Shown here one piece after another: positions 17,791 through 26,372 of a stretch of 32,000 nt of DNA. The DNA comes from Sinorhizobium meliloti (GTDB lineage Bacteria; Pseudomonadota; Alphaproteobacteria; Rhizobiales; Rhizobiaceae). Location of the stretch: positions 240,001-272,000 of the forward strand of contig NZ_JAGIOS010000003.1 of assembly GCF_017876815.1 (NCBI RefSeq), read 5' to 3'. The notes under the pieces were generated by a model. The model saw only the letters and a list, made by a program, of their open reading frames with translations, searched no databases and was not told the DNA's origin. Numbering within the stretch: the stretch's first letter is position 1; the number at the start of each line of letters is the position of its first letter. Position numbers and translations under genes: made by a program.

Positions 17791-17809
17791 TATCCCCCTG
17801 GTAAGGATA
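17791..17809. promoter_or_regulatory. Candidate RcnR/CsoR-type operator
   Basis: TATCC-CCCTGGTAA-GGATA is a 5-bp inverted repeat flanking a C/G tract; the complement reads TATCCTTACCAGGGGGATA. It lies immediately upstream of the repressor SD sequence. It has the same general shape as known G/C-tract sites flanked by AT-rich inverted repeats. Confidence 0.4.
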
Positions 17810-17925
17810 AATCAATAGAGCGATTTTTGTTCGACTTTATGAACACGGTTATCAGTGCACCTATGATGCTCTGAAGGCGCCAAAGACTGCCGACTCTTTT
17901 CACCACCTTCGCGGCGGGCATCGCT

Positions 17926-18195
17926 ATGCTCTTCTACGCGTACTGCGCACCTGCCACGCACTCGCCGCTACAGCATTCGGCTCAGACCAAGATGGTCGCG
18001 GTGGACAGTCATTCCCATGAGCACGGCGACCACTCGCACGATGATCTCGATTTCCTCGGCAACACGAGCACGGCTCCCGACCACCACCATGCCGACCATA
18101 CCCACGAAAAGACCGAGCTGGTGGCGGCGGGCGCGTTTGCAACTCCGCTGCCCGTCGACCCGAAGTTTCCCCCGGCGACCGCTAGACTAGCCTGA
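17926..18195 (+). CDS. His-rich small protein, possibly a truncated or interrupted secreted metal-binding protein
   Basis: It contains 10 His within the 35-residue stretch DSHSHEHGDHSHDDLDFLGNTSTAPDHHHADHTHE. In frame upstream are ATG-ATG-CTC-TGA (17863-17874) and then RRQRLPTLFTTFAAGIAMLFYAYCAPA, a signal-peptide-like segment. The full-length form would therefore carry an in-frame TGA at codon 4. Confidence 0.4.
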   Translation: MLFYAYCAPATHSPLQHSAQTKMVAVDSHSHEHGDHSHDDLDFLGNTSTAPDHHHADHTHEKTELVAAGAFATPLPVDPKFPPATARLA

Positions 18196-19308
18196 GGGAA
18201 GGACCGGCCTATAGCATTGAGCGCCCGCCACGCACCCCAATGTCGAGCTGATCATCGCCACCTTGGCGGCTGTTCAACACTTTCAAGGAAACTCATTATG
18301 AAACAACCGCCTCTCGTGGGCGGCAGCCGTGCCATTGCGCCCGGTTCGCTTCGGCCAGCTGAACGTCCACGATTTGGCAATCGGAAACGGTATGGAGATG
18401 TCGATGCCCTCAGGCACCTCTCTAATCATACTTAAAGGGGTACTTTGGTGTTGACCGCAAAAGGAGCCCGTCGAGCGAACTCCTCTCTAAAAAACAATCA
18501 CATCCTTGAGCGTCTTCAATACTTCTGATGGGTCACCGGGTATAGCCCCCTAGACCTCTCTGGTCCAATCACTTTAGTTATTCGTACTTTGCAAAGACCC
18601 GGCCGCCATGACTATAGGGCCGACAGTGGGCCTGGGGGCGGACAGACCGTTCTCAATTAGGTTGAGTGAAAAAGACAGAGGCAGCCCCGTATCCACTCGC
18701 TCAACCTCGCTGGCATAATAATTCTCGGCTATCATTGCACTATTCGCCGTGGCTTGGCTCGTAGTTGGAGGAGTAAGCCGGCGGCACCATTCCTTGCGGC
18801 CGCTTTGAGATCGCATGGCTCGCCGCCAGCCAGTTTCGAAAGGGGCAGACCGCGGGTGGCGTACAAAAATTGCTGAAACTAACGAAGAGCCGCCAAGCGA
18901 GATATCGTGCCATACTGGACCGGATCACGTTCGTCGGGCTTCTACTTGTTGTGCTCTAGTTTCTCAAGCATTCACGCCATATTCATCAATACAAAAAGTC
19001 ACCCAAGGAATCCCAATCGATCTGTAAAAGTTGAGGATGAGTGCACCATGATTCAGAAAATTCTTATTTTATATCGAGACAAATCTTTGCGTTCTGAGGG
19101 AGATTCATGTTGAGGCGCCGCGACGTTGAATTTTTTTCAAAAATATTCGGTAATCGATTAACAAATATATTTCGTCGATGATCGATAGTATTTGTTTACT
19201 TTATTGGCTTTTGAGCGCACTGTAAAAATCTGGATTGCTATTGGCTCCTGGTCTGAGCGAGGGCCCGCAACGATCCCGATAGTCAACCTGATTAGAGGGA
19301 ATGAAATC

Positions 19309-19650
19309 ATGACACTCGATCAAATTCTTGAACGGACAAAGCCCTATGCGATTGGTTTAGTCGTTGGGCTTATCGCTGCGCCGATCATCGGTTTCAATGC
19401 CGGATGGATTACCACGACCAACGCCAGCACCCTGGCGGCAGAGACGGCCAGAGTGGATGCACTTTCGGGAATCTGCTCAACTGCGGCAGGGCGAATGGCT
19501 ACTGCCAGCAGCACCGACCTCGCGGCGCTCAAGGGCTACGACAACCGTGCGAAGCGCGACGAACTCGTAGCAGTCATTATGGCGGATATCCAAGTTCCAG
19601 CGGACGTCCTGGGCAAGGTCAGCACGAGTTGCAGTCGATCACTATCCTGA
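19309..19650 (+). CDS. Hypothetical membrane-anchored protein (113 aa)
   Basis: GAGGGA is followed by ATG at 19309. There is a single N-terminal TM (YAIGLVVGLIAAPIIGFNAGWI) and then a soluble Ala/Ser/Thr-rich domain. I recognise no family. It lies in the AT-richer segment. Confidence 0.45.
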   Translation: MTLDQILERTKPYAIGLVVGLIAAPIIGFNAGWITTTNASTLAAETARVDALSGICSTAAGRMATASSTDLAALKGYDNRAKRDELVAVIMADIQVPADVLGKVSTSCSRSLS

Positions 19651-19707
19651 AGCACGGTTGCCGCCGCGCTTTGGACATCTCAATCAGACAGAAATCAGGA
19701 GACCGCA

Positions 19708-19830
19708 ATGAAAAGCTTCATTCCCGCCCGCTTTTATACCTATGATTTCTCGCGGCTGTTCGTAGCACTTGCGTTTACTCTGGCGATTGCAGTGATTGTC
19801 TATGCGTCCCTATTCGGAAGCATCCTGTAG
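19708..19830 (+). CDS. Candidate 40-aa single-TM small ORF
   Basis: AGGAG is followed 6 nt later by ATG at 19708. The sequence is MKSFIPARFYTYDFSRLFVALAFTLAIAVIVYASLFGSIL. It is below the ORF-track size cutoff and lies 57 nt after the preceding ORF. Confidence 0.25.
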   Translation: MKSFIPARFYTYDFSRLFVALAFTLAIAVIVYASLFGSIL

Positions 19831-20132
19831 TCGTCTGCGAATATCGGCCGTATAATCTGGAAAGCATCCTGGGAAGGACATGCGGGATGCGGCGGCGCAG
19901 CGTTAGCTGCTCCAGGTGGGCAAGGGCCGGTCTAGACCGGCGAGAAGGTCTAAATTTGAGCCACCGATTCAGCTGCGCGGTGTCAGAGCTCTGGGTCGCA
20001 GTTTACTTCGGCGGACCGGGGCGGGCGGTGGGAGTTTTCGGCGGTATTGGGCGAAGAGCGGGACTGTTCCCGTCCTGTGTTGAAAAGACCGCATCATATA
20101 TCGACGGGGCCTCAGGACCTGTTTGCGGTGAT

Positions 20133-20483
20133 CAGGTGACCGGCGCTGCTGACAGCTTGCGATCGAATGTCGCCAGCTGACCGACACTCCTTCGCATGCG
20201 TACGCAGATGGGTGTCAGTTACCTGCCCGGACGTTAGAGATTTCGTGGGAGCGGCATTGCCTGACCCGACAACGCTCACATCTTCCGGCCAACAACTATG
20301 ACCGGGGAGCGACCGCAATTTGCCGACGATCCGGGTGACGCCTTTTTCGGTTATGGGGGCAGGCGGCCCACGCGGTCTGATCTACCGCCGCGAACCATTC
20401 GTGCGCGTTATCATAGCGTATATGGCTCGGATCGATCAGGGCAGAACATTGACGTTGAGCAGAAAGTCACGGCCGTTCGTCAC
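20133..20483 (-). pseudogene. Decayed PIN-domain toxin gene (vapC-like), at least three frameshifts
   Basis: The homologous pieces lie in shifting frames. They are DFLLNVNVLP-stop; then ALIDPSHIRYDNAHEWFAAVDQTAWAACP; then ITEKGVTRIVGKLRSLPGH..WPEDVS...GQVTDTHL; then LATFDRKLSAAPVT-stop. This matches the LLDVNVL..A...H..H..A..WF....WATCP.TE.G..RI...QVTD.YL....LATFD pattern of VapC-type toxins. Confidence 0.6.
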
Positions 20484-20695
20484 GCAAGGCGCTGACGATC
20501 TCGAGCGTCACGGGGGGTGCGTCCGACCGACGCGACAGGAGAGGAATTTTATCACGCTCGCCGCGGCCGCGCGGCCGGCTCCGTGAACGCTCTCGCCAGT
20601 TCGGAAATGACCTCGCCGATACGCTGCTGTTGCTGGGTTGCCATTGCCCTCGCGGCGATCCGGACATCGTCTTCGATCGAAAGGGTCGTTCTCAT
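20467..20695 (-). pseudogene. Frameshifted vapB-like antitoxin gene
   Basis: MRTTLSIEDDVRIAARAMATQQQQRIGEVISELARAF reads from ATG at 20695 to a stop at 20552. The conserved C-terminus IPLLSRRSDAPPVTLEIVSALRDERP continues in another frame and ends at 20467. That stop overlaps the vapC-like N-terminus. Confidence 0.6.
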
Positions 20696-20855
20696 GTCTG
20701 CCTCATCGCGCATCAATCATCACGCATCATGTGAGCAAGAGGTCGGGCATCTAAGGCTGATACCGAAGAAAGACAGAGTCATTGAGCCAATCTGTTCATC
20801 GCCGGACGGCTTGAAATTATCGAAATCACATTCTCAAATCTGTGCGCCACCTATT

Positions 20856-20885
20856 GGTCGCAGGTTCGAATCTGCTCAAGAGCGA
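20856..20885 (+). other. tRNA T-arm/3'-acceptor-like fragment, possibly an integration-site scar
   Basis: GGTCGCAGGTTCGAATCTGCTCAAGAGCGA contains the canonical GGTTCGAATC T-loop. Its stem would be perfect if one C were restored. No matching 5' acceptor strand or anticodon arm lies upstream, so this is not an intact tRNA. Confidence 0.3.
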
Positions 20886-20919
20886 GGCCATTGGTCTAAA
20901 GGCGCGCTTTGTGAGCGAG

Positions 20920-21825
20920 TCACTCAGCCGCGCGTCGCGAGAACTCACGCGCTAGTTCCAAGAACGCTCTGATTCCGGCCGATAGATTTCGGCGCCCAGG
21001 ATAGTACAAGCAAAGCCCGGGATACGGCGGCGTCCAGTCTTCGAGGACACGGACGAGACGCCCCGCCTTGATGTCCGGGAGAACTTCCTGTTCCATGGTG
21101 TAGCCCACGCCGGTACTTTCAAGCACCGCAGTCCTCACGATGCTGGCCTCATCGAGTGTGATTGGCCCCCGCACATCGATTTGCAACGTTTCGCCGTCTT
21201 TTTCAAACCGCCATCGAAACAGGGAGCCGTCAGGCAGCCGAACGCGAATGCACCTGTGATTGAGAAGATCCGGAGGAACGATGGGCTTGCCATGTTGCTC
21301 GAAGTACTTAGGAGAACCAACAACGGCGTGTCGCTGAGGCCGGCCGAGCGACAAGGCGATCATGTCGCTGGGAACGAGACCTGCAACCCTGACGCCCAAA
21401 TCGAACCCGTCCTTGACGATATCGACCATCTTTCCTTCAGTGACGATATCGACATTCATGTCGGGATAGCGGCGCAGAAACTGAAGCACGAGTGGTGAGA
21501 TGATGGCGCGCGCCGCGAAGGGCGCCGCGTTGATCCGTATTGTTCCTGAAGGTGTTTCGCGTTGCGAGCGCACTGAATCCAGAGCGGCATAGAGATCCTG
21601 GAGTGAAGGCGCGACCTGCTGCACAAAGAGTCTGCCTGCATCTGTCAGCGATACGCTGCGCGTAGTGCGGTTAAACAATCGCACGCCCAGCGCTGCCTCA
21701 AGCCTGCTTATTGTGTGGCTCAGCGCGGTCGTGGACATGCCGAGATCGATGGCCGCGGCGCGAAATGTCCCGCGCCGGGCAATAGCGATAACGGCTTCAA
21801 GTTCCTTCAGGTTGGCTTGTTCCAT
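20920..21825 (-). CDS. LysR family transcriptional regulator
   Basis: [64 protein letters not shown] is the HTH, followed by a LysR substrate-binding domain. The ORF-track start at 22041 is an upstream extension. Confidence 0.9.
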   Translation of the reverse strand: MEQANLKELEAVIAIARRGTFRAAAIDLGMSTTALSHTISRLEAALGVRLFNRTTRSVSLTDAGRLFVQQVAPSLQDLYAALDSVRSQRETPSGTIRINAAPFAARAIISPLVLQFLRRYPDMNVDIVTEGKMVDIVKDGFDLGVRVAGLVPSDMIALSLGRPQRHAVVGSPKYFEQHGKPIVPPDLLNHRCIRVRLPDGSLFRWRFEKDGETLQIDVRGPITLDEASIVRTAVLESTGVGYTMEQEVLPDIKAGRLVRVLEDWTPPYPGLCLYYPGRRNLSAGIRAFLELAREFSRRAAE

Positions 21826-21921
21826 TGTCCCGATCTGTTCAATGCCGCATGCCAGTTTGTCCCACTTATTCATGCAATGGTCGAGGGCTAATTTGTGGGT
21901 CGGTTCATGAGGAGAAACACG

Positions 21922-22242
21922 ATGGATCTGCCCGATATTGTGAACATGTACTTCGACGCCGACAGCTGCAACGACACGGATGCGCTGTCGGAAACCTTTG
22001 CGCCCGACGCCGTCGTCGAAGACGAAGGCGCTCGCCATCAAGGCGTCGTCGCAATCCTCAGATGGTGGGTGGCTGCGAAGAAGGCGGCTTCGTACGTTGC
22101 TGAACCTTTGGAATCCACGGTCGACGGCGACAAAGCACTCGTCCGAGCCAAGGTGAGCGGCCGATTTCCCGGCAGCCCGGTGACCCTCACCTACTCCTTC
22201 ACCATCAAAGATGGCAGGATCGCCAGGCTGGAGATCCAGTGA
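21922..22242 (+). CDS. SnoaL-like / NTF2-fold family protein
   Basis: GAGGAGA is followed by ATG at 21922. [36 protein letters not shown]...[13 protein letters not shown] is typical of small NTF2-like (SnoaL) proteins. It is divergent from the LysR gene. Confidence 0.75.
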   Translation: MDLPDIVNMYFDADSCNDTDALSETFAPDAVVEDEGARHQGVVAILRWWVAAKKAASYVAEPLESTVDGDKALVRAKVSGRFPGSPVTLTYSFTIKDGRIARLEIQ

Positions 22243-23021
22243 TGATCGAATTTCTCAACCTCAGAGGCAAACGAGCCCTCATTACGGCTGGAACCAAGGG
22301 TGCCGGCGCTGCGACCGTCAGTCTGTTTCTGGAACTCGGCGCGCAGGTGCTGACGACAGCGCGGGCGCGTCCAGAAGGCCTCCCGGAAGAGCTGTTCGTC
22401 GAAGCGGACCTGACCACTAAGGAAGGATGTGCAATCGTCGCCGAGGCCACGCGTCAACGCCTCGGCGGAGTCGACGTCATCGTCCATATGCTGGGCGGCT
22501 CGTCAGCCGCCGGGGGCGGCTTTTCGGCGCTATCGGATGATGACTGGTACAAGGAGCTGTCGCTCAACCTCTTCGCGGCTGTTCGATTGGACCGGCAACT
22601 GGTTCCGGACATGGTTGCCCGAGGAAGCGGCGTCGTCGTGCATGTCACATCCATCCAGAGAGTACTGCCGCTTCCGGAATCGACGACAGCCTATGCCGCA
22701 GCAAAGGCTGCGCTTTCGACCTATAGCAAGGCGATGTCAAAGGAAGTTTCGCCCAAGGGTGTCCGGGTCGTCCGGGTGTCGCCGGGCTGGATCGAAACGG
22801 AAGCCTCGGTTCGCCTCGCCGAGCGCTTGGCGAAGCAGGCCGGAACGGACCTTGAGGGCGGCAAAAAGATCATCATGGACGGACTGGGCGGCATTCCGCT
22901 GGGTCGTCCGGCAAAACCGGAAGAGGTCGCAAACTTGATCGCATTCCTCGCCTCGGATCGCGCCGCTTCGATCACCGGTGCCGAATACACGATTGATGGG
23001 GGGACGGTGCCCACAGCGTAG
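22242..23021 (+). CDS. SDR family oxidoreductase
   Basis: The start overlaps the previous stop (GTGATG at 22239-22244). The Rossmann motif is [13 protein letters not shown] and the catalytic motif is YAAAKAAL. The C-terminus is [11 protein letters not shown]. Confidence 0.9.
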   Translation: MIEFLNLRGKRALITAGTKGAGAATVSLFLELGAQVLTTARARPEGLPEELFVEADLTTKEGCAIVAEATRQRLGGVDVIVHMLGGSSAAGGGFSALSDDDWYKELSLNLFAAVRLDRQLVPDMVARGSGVVVHVTSIQRVLPLPESTTAYAAAKAALSTYSKAMSKEVSPKGVRVVRVSPGWIETEASVRLAERLAKQAGTDLEGGKKIIMDGLGGIPLGRPAKPEEVANLIAFLASDRAASITGAEYTIDGGTVPTA

Positions 23022-23045
23022 GCGCCGACATGCACCTGCAAATCA

Positions 23046-23071
23046 GGCGGGCGCCTCCCACCCGCCGATTT
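23046..23071 (+). terminator. Candidate weak intrinsic terminator after the SDR gene
   Basis: GGCGGG (23046-23051) pairs with CCCGCC (23061-23066) across a 9-nt loop and is followed by GATTT. The stem is short and the T-run poor. Confidence 0.2.
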
Positions 23072-23161
23072 GGGAACAAGTCGCTTTGCGGAGATAACGC
23101 ACGTCGCGGTTCAGAACGGCTAACTCCGTCGGCGTCTGGGTCGAGGCCTGCAAGCACGTCC

Positions 23162-23821
23162 TTATCCTGCAAACCCGCCCTCGTCCAAAAACCGCTGTTC
23201 CTCCTCCGTCATCATCCGCCCAAGAATGACGTTGCGGTGCGGGAATCGCCCGAAGCGGTGAATGATGTCGTGGTGGCGCTTTGCGTTGGACAGGCTCGGC
23301 TCTCCCAGGCGTCCGGCGAGCTCGACGGATCGCTCCTGATCGGCGAGCTTTTCAGAATGGCCGAAAGGGAGATAGAAAAAGAGCTGCAGATCGGGCGGTC
23401 CTTTGAGATCGTTACCAGCGTCGACCGCGGCCCGCGCAACGCCAAGCGCCAGGGGGTCGGTGTCGTACATACGCGGCGTGCCGCGAAAGGCATTGCGCGG
23501 GAATTGATCGAGGAGAATTAGCAGCGCCAGCGCCTTTTGCGGGGAAGCGGTCCACTTAAAAAGCTCGCCGCGCCTCGCCGCTTCGTAGGCAGTGAGGAAG
23601 CGATCGCGAAAGGCGCGGTCGAACTCGGCGTCCTTGGCAAACCAACGCGTCAGCCCGGCCTCGCGCCAGAAATCGATGACTGCCGCCGCCTCAGCCGGCG
23701 CCGCAAGTGCTTCGCGCAATCGCCTGTTGAAGACCGGATCCGCCGCCGCGGGGCTTTGCGCCTGGGTCGCCGGTAGGCTGCGCAGCGCGAGGGATTCGAT
23801 GTACCAGGTGAAATCGCTCAT
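23162..23821 (-). CDS. DUF924 family protein
   Basis: GGAGGAAAG is followed by ATG at 23821. The motifs WF.KD..FD..FR..F, LLILLDQFPRNAFRGTPRMY, FFYLPFGHSE and HHDIIHRFGRFPHRN are hallmark DUF924 blocks. Confidence 0.85.
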   Translation of the reverse strand: MSDFTWYIESLALRSLPATQAQSPAAADPVFNRRLREALAAPAEAAAVIDFWREAGLTRWFAKDAEFDRAFRDRFLTAYEAARRGELFKWTASPQKALALLILLDQFPRNAFRGTPRMYDTDPLALGVARAAVDAGNDLKGPPDLQLFFYLPFGHSEKLADQERSVELAGRLGEPSLSNAKRHHDIIHRFGRFPHRNVILGRMMTEEEQRFLDEGGFAG

Positions 23822-23925
23822 ATCTTTCCTCCGTAGCGTTTTCGGTGGAGACCGCGTGGCCTCGCCTGTAGCAGAGAGAACTACGCAGTTGTTCATACTG
23901 AATAAAGTGATATAACTTCATCATT

Positions 23926-24849
23926 ATGCTGAATGAAATCGATCTATCACGTGCCGATCTCAATCTCCTGGTGCTCTACGAAATGGTGCTGGAGGAGAGG
24001 AATGTCGGTCGCGCGGCCGAGCGGCTGAACCTCTCCGCCTCCGCCGTCAGCCACGGTCTTGGCCGCCTCCGGAGGTTGCTCAACGACCCGCTCTTCCTCA
24101 AGACGCCGAAGGGCGTCGTCCCAACCGAGCGCGCCAGGGCGCTGGCGGCGCCGATCGCCGATATCCTAGCGCGGGTGAGAAGCGTCATTTCGACCGCCGA
24201 GCCTTTCGATCCGGCACACACCCGCCGTCGCTTCACCATCGGTACGGCCGATGGCTTCTCGGTGTTCCTGCCGCCGCTGCTTGACGAAATCGCCCGCAAG
24301 GCGCCGGGCATCGATATCGTCGTGCGCCACATGCAGATGGAGTCGGCTCTTTCCGATCTCGATGAGCGGTTGATCGATGTCGCGGTCGCGCCCTTTTACG
24401 AGCTGCCGGCCCGCTTCGCCGCGCAAAGGCTCTACGAAGAGGAATTCGTGGTGGCGGCTCGGATTGGCCATCCGTTCCTCAAAAACCCGACGCTCGAAAA
24501 CTATTGCCGCATGCAGCACCTGCTCGTCGCCCCCAGAGGCGATCCCCGGGGCCTCGTTGATCAGCTGCTCGAGAGCCGCAACCTTGCCCGCCGGGTCGCG
24601 CTAGCGGTGCCGAATTTCATGCTGGCGCTTGATCTCATCGTGAAAACAGAACTGGTCTCCGTACTGCCGAAACGCTTCATCGAGATGCATGCGGAGCGCT
24701 TCGCCGTTGCCACCGCAAGGCTGCCGTTCGATCTTGCCATCAGCTCTATCCAGGCGGTTACGCCAAAGGCGGCGCTGATGGATGCCGGTCTCGCCTGGCT
24801 TCTCCAGGTGCTCGGGCGAGCGGACTGCGACGCCGAAAGCTCGCTATAG
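23926..24849 (+). CDS. LysR family transcriptional regulator
   Basis: DLNLLVLYEMVLEERNVGRAAERLNLSASAVSHGLGRLRRLLNDPLFLKTPKGVVPTERA is the HTH, followed by a substrate-binding domain. It is divergent from the DUF924 gene. Confidence 0.9.
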   Translation: MLNEIDLSRADLNLLVLYEMVLEERNVGRAAERLNLSASAVSHGLGRLRRLLNDPLFLKTPKGVVPTERARALAAPIADILARVRSVISTAEPFDPAHTRRRFTIGTADGFSVFLPPLLDEIARKAPGIDIVVRHMQMESALSDLDERLIDVAVAPFYELPARFAAQRLYEEEFVVAARIGHPFLKNPTLENYCRMQHLLVAPRGDPRGLVDQLLESRNLARRVALAVPNFMLALDLIVKTELVSVLPKRFIEMHAERFAVATARLPFDLAISSIQAVTPKAALMDAGLAWLLQVLGRADCDAESSL

Positions 24850-25394
24850 CGAATTGTTCGTGTCTGTCGTTGCATTCCGCAAGTGGGCTATGGCGGAAGC
24901 CCGCTCGGGCGCATCCGGTGACGTCAACTTGACGAGGAGCTTATTCCAGGGTTGGAGCTTTTTGCTTCGAGCTTGATGAAGGTAAGACTGGTTGGTGCTG
25001 ACAGCTGCGCGTATCGCCCGAACCCCATACTCTCGCTGGCGACGCAATCTCGGCCCTTGGATGGCTCGGTGGAGTTCTGCGCCGCTCGGCAACGCAATGG
25101 TAGCCAGGGAGCCTCGGAACCCGGGTGCAAGCGGCCGAGTCATGTCGACCATGGATCCGCAAGTTCCGAAAGCTCCTGCGGCTCTACCCGCGTCTGCCCG
25201 AGGCGGCTGACCAAGGGGTCCTGCGCCAAATTGGCTTTGGCTTGAGGACTTAAAGTCGTCGCACTGGAATTACCTGCTCTGGCCTTTTAAGCGCTGTCGG
25301 ATCACTCACCAGAGGTCCTTCCTCTATGATTTTCTAATTCGGCCGAAAGGCAGGTGCCCATTTCGCTACTCTTGAACTGCCGGCACACTATGCA

Positions 25395-26372
25395 TCACGA
25401 AATTAGTTGCTGGCTTTTCGCCCATCGCGTGATCGCATCTCGGGATGTAGGGGCGGGTCCGAAGAAGTGCTCTTGCTTCGAAATGTTCGAAACATAGACG
25501 CCCTTCTTGAAGAACAGCAACATCTGGATCAGATCGTAGCCAAGCTCGGAAAACGGCTTTACCGGGTGTACGAGCAAGCGGAGAACCAGCCAGGGCACAA
25601 CCCGGACCTTAAGAGATTTCTTCGCAATTTCGGAGACGAGATCGGCAATCTCTTGCTGGCTCTTGGGGCCATCGCGCCAGCCGACATCGATCGTTTGGTT
25701 GTTGATCTCACTGCCAGGAAACGTCGCGGCTTTGGCGAGATATGACGCCAGATCATCTGTGAGAACATAGGACCATCTCGTAGTCTTATCGCCCATCGCC
25801 AGGAACCGGCCTGCTTGGGCACCCTTCGCAATAAAGTCCGTACTCTGATCGAGAAATGTGGGCGCGCGGACAAATACGTACGGCACCCCGGAGGCCTGGA
25901 TCAGATCCTCGGCCACTTTCTTGGCGTGGAAATGCGGGACTGGTGACGCGGCCTCGCAGCTAACGATGCTGAGAAAGACAAATCGGCCAACGTTGGCTCT
26001 TGCTGCCGCCTCGATTAGATTCCTGTTGCCCTGGAAATCCGTGTCGAGGCTTCCCTTCATGTAACTGTTAGCCGAGGTGACGACGACGTCCACACCCTGC
26101 AAAGCACGATCCAACGACCCTGGATCCATCATGTCGCCGCGCACCCATTCGACGTCGGCGCTCTCATTTGAGGGGGCGCCCTTACGCGACATCGCAACGA
26201 CGGCAACGCTCGCATCATGCGCCAGGTTGCGGAGAATTTTGGTTCCGAGGAAGCCTGTTGCGCCGACGACCAGAACTTTCTTTTTCGCCGCGGCGCTTGA
26301 ATTTGCGGTGTCGGCAAGCACCTCGTTATCCGAGGGATGCGGTGATTGGGTCAATTTAAAATCTCCGGTCAT
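25395..26372 (-). CDS. NAD(P)H-binding NmrA-like / atypical SDR protein
   Basis: KKKVLVVGATGFLGTKILRNL is a Rossmann motif, and the body is NmrA-like. The start overlaps the upstream OYE stop (ATGA at 26369-26372). Confidence 0.85.
   Translation of the reverse strand: MTGDFKLTQSPHPSDNEVLADTANSSAAAKKKVLVVGATGFLGTKILRNLAHDASVAVVAMSRKGAPSNESADVEWVRGDMMDPGSLDRALQGVDVVVTSANSYMKGSLDTDFQGNRNLIEAAARANVGRFVFLSIVSCEAASPVPHFHAKKVAEDLIQASGVPYVFVRAPTFLDQSTDFIAKGAQAGRFLAMGDKTTRWSYVLTDDLASYLAKAATFPGSEINNQTIDVGWRDGPKSQQEIADLVSEIAKKSLKVRVVPWLVLRLLVHPVKPFSELGYDLIQMLLFFKKGVYVSNISKQEHFFGPAPTSRDAITRWAKSQQLIS

Noticed and set aside
18296-18435. Short ORF MKQPPLVGGSRAIAPGSLRPAERPRFGNRKRYGDVDALRHLSNHT downstream of the His-rich ORF, and the alternative frame containing VHDLAIGNGMEMSMPSG, as a metal chaperone.
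   Set aside because: There is no recognisable family motif and the composition is not protein-like. I cannot support it as a gene.
20856-20905. The T-arm-like fragment followed by GGCCATTGGTCTAAAGGCGC (D-arm-like) as a permuted two-piece alphaproteobacterial tmRNA gene.
   Set aside because: There is no tag-peptide reading frame, no pseudoknot-sized body (only about 220 nt are available) and no CCA-proximal acceptor pairing. A degraded tRNA fragment is the simpler explanation.
24850-25394. Overlapping ORFs of 60-100 aa on both strands between the LysR and NmrA-like genes, considered as a third copy of the 3730/4915 repeat (GTTCTGCGCC...CGGAAC at about 25074-25120).
   Set aside because: Similarity to the repeat is too weak to separate from chance, and none of the ORFs has recognisable motifs.
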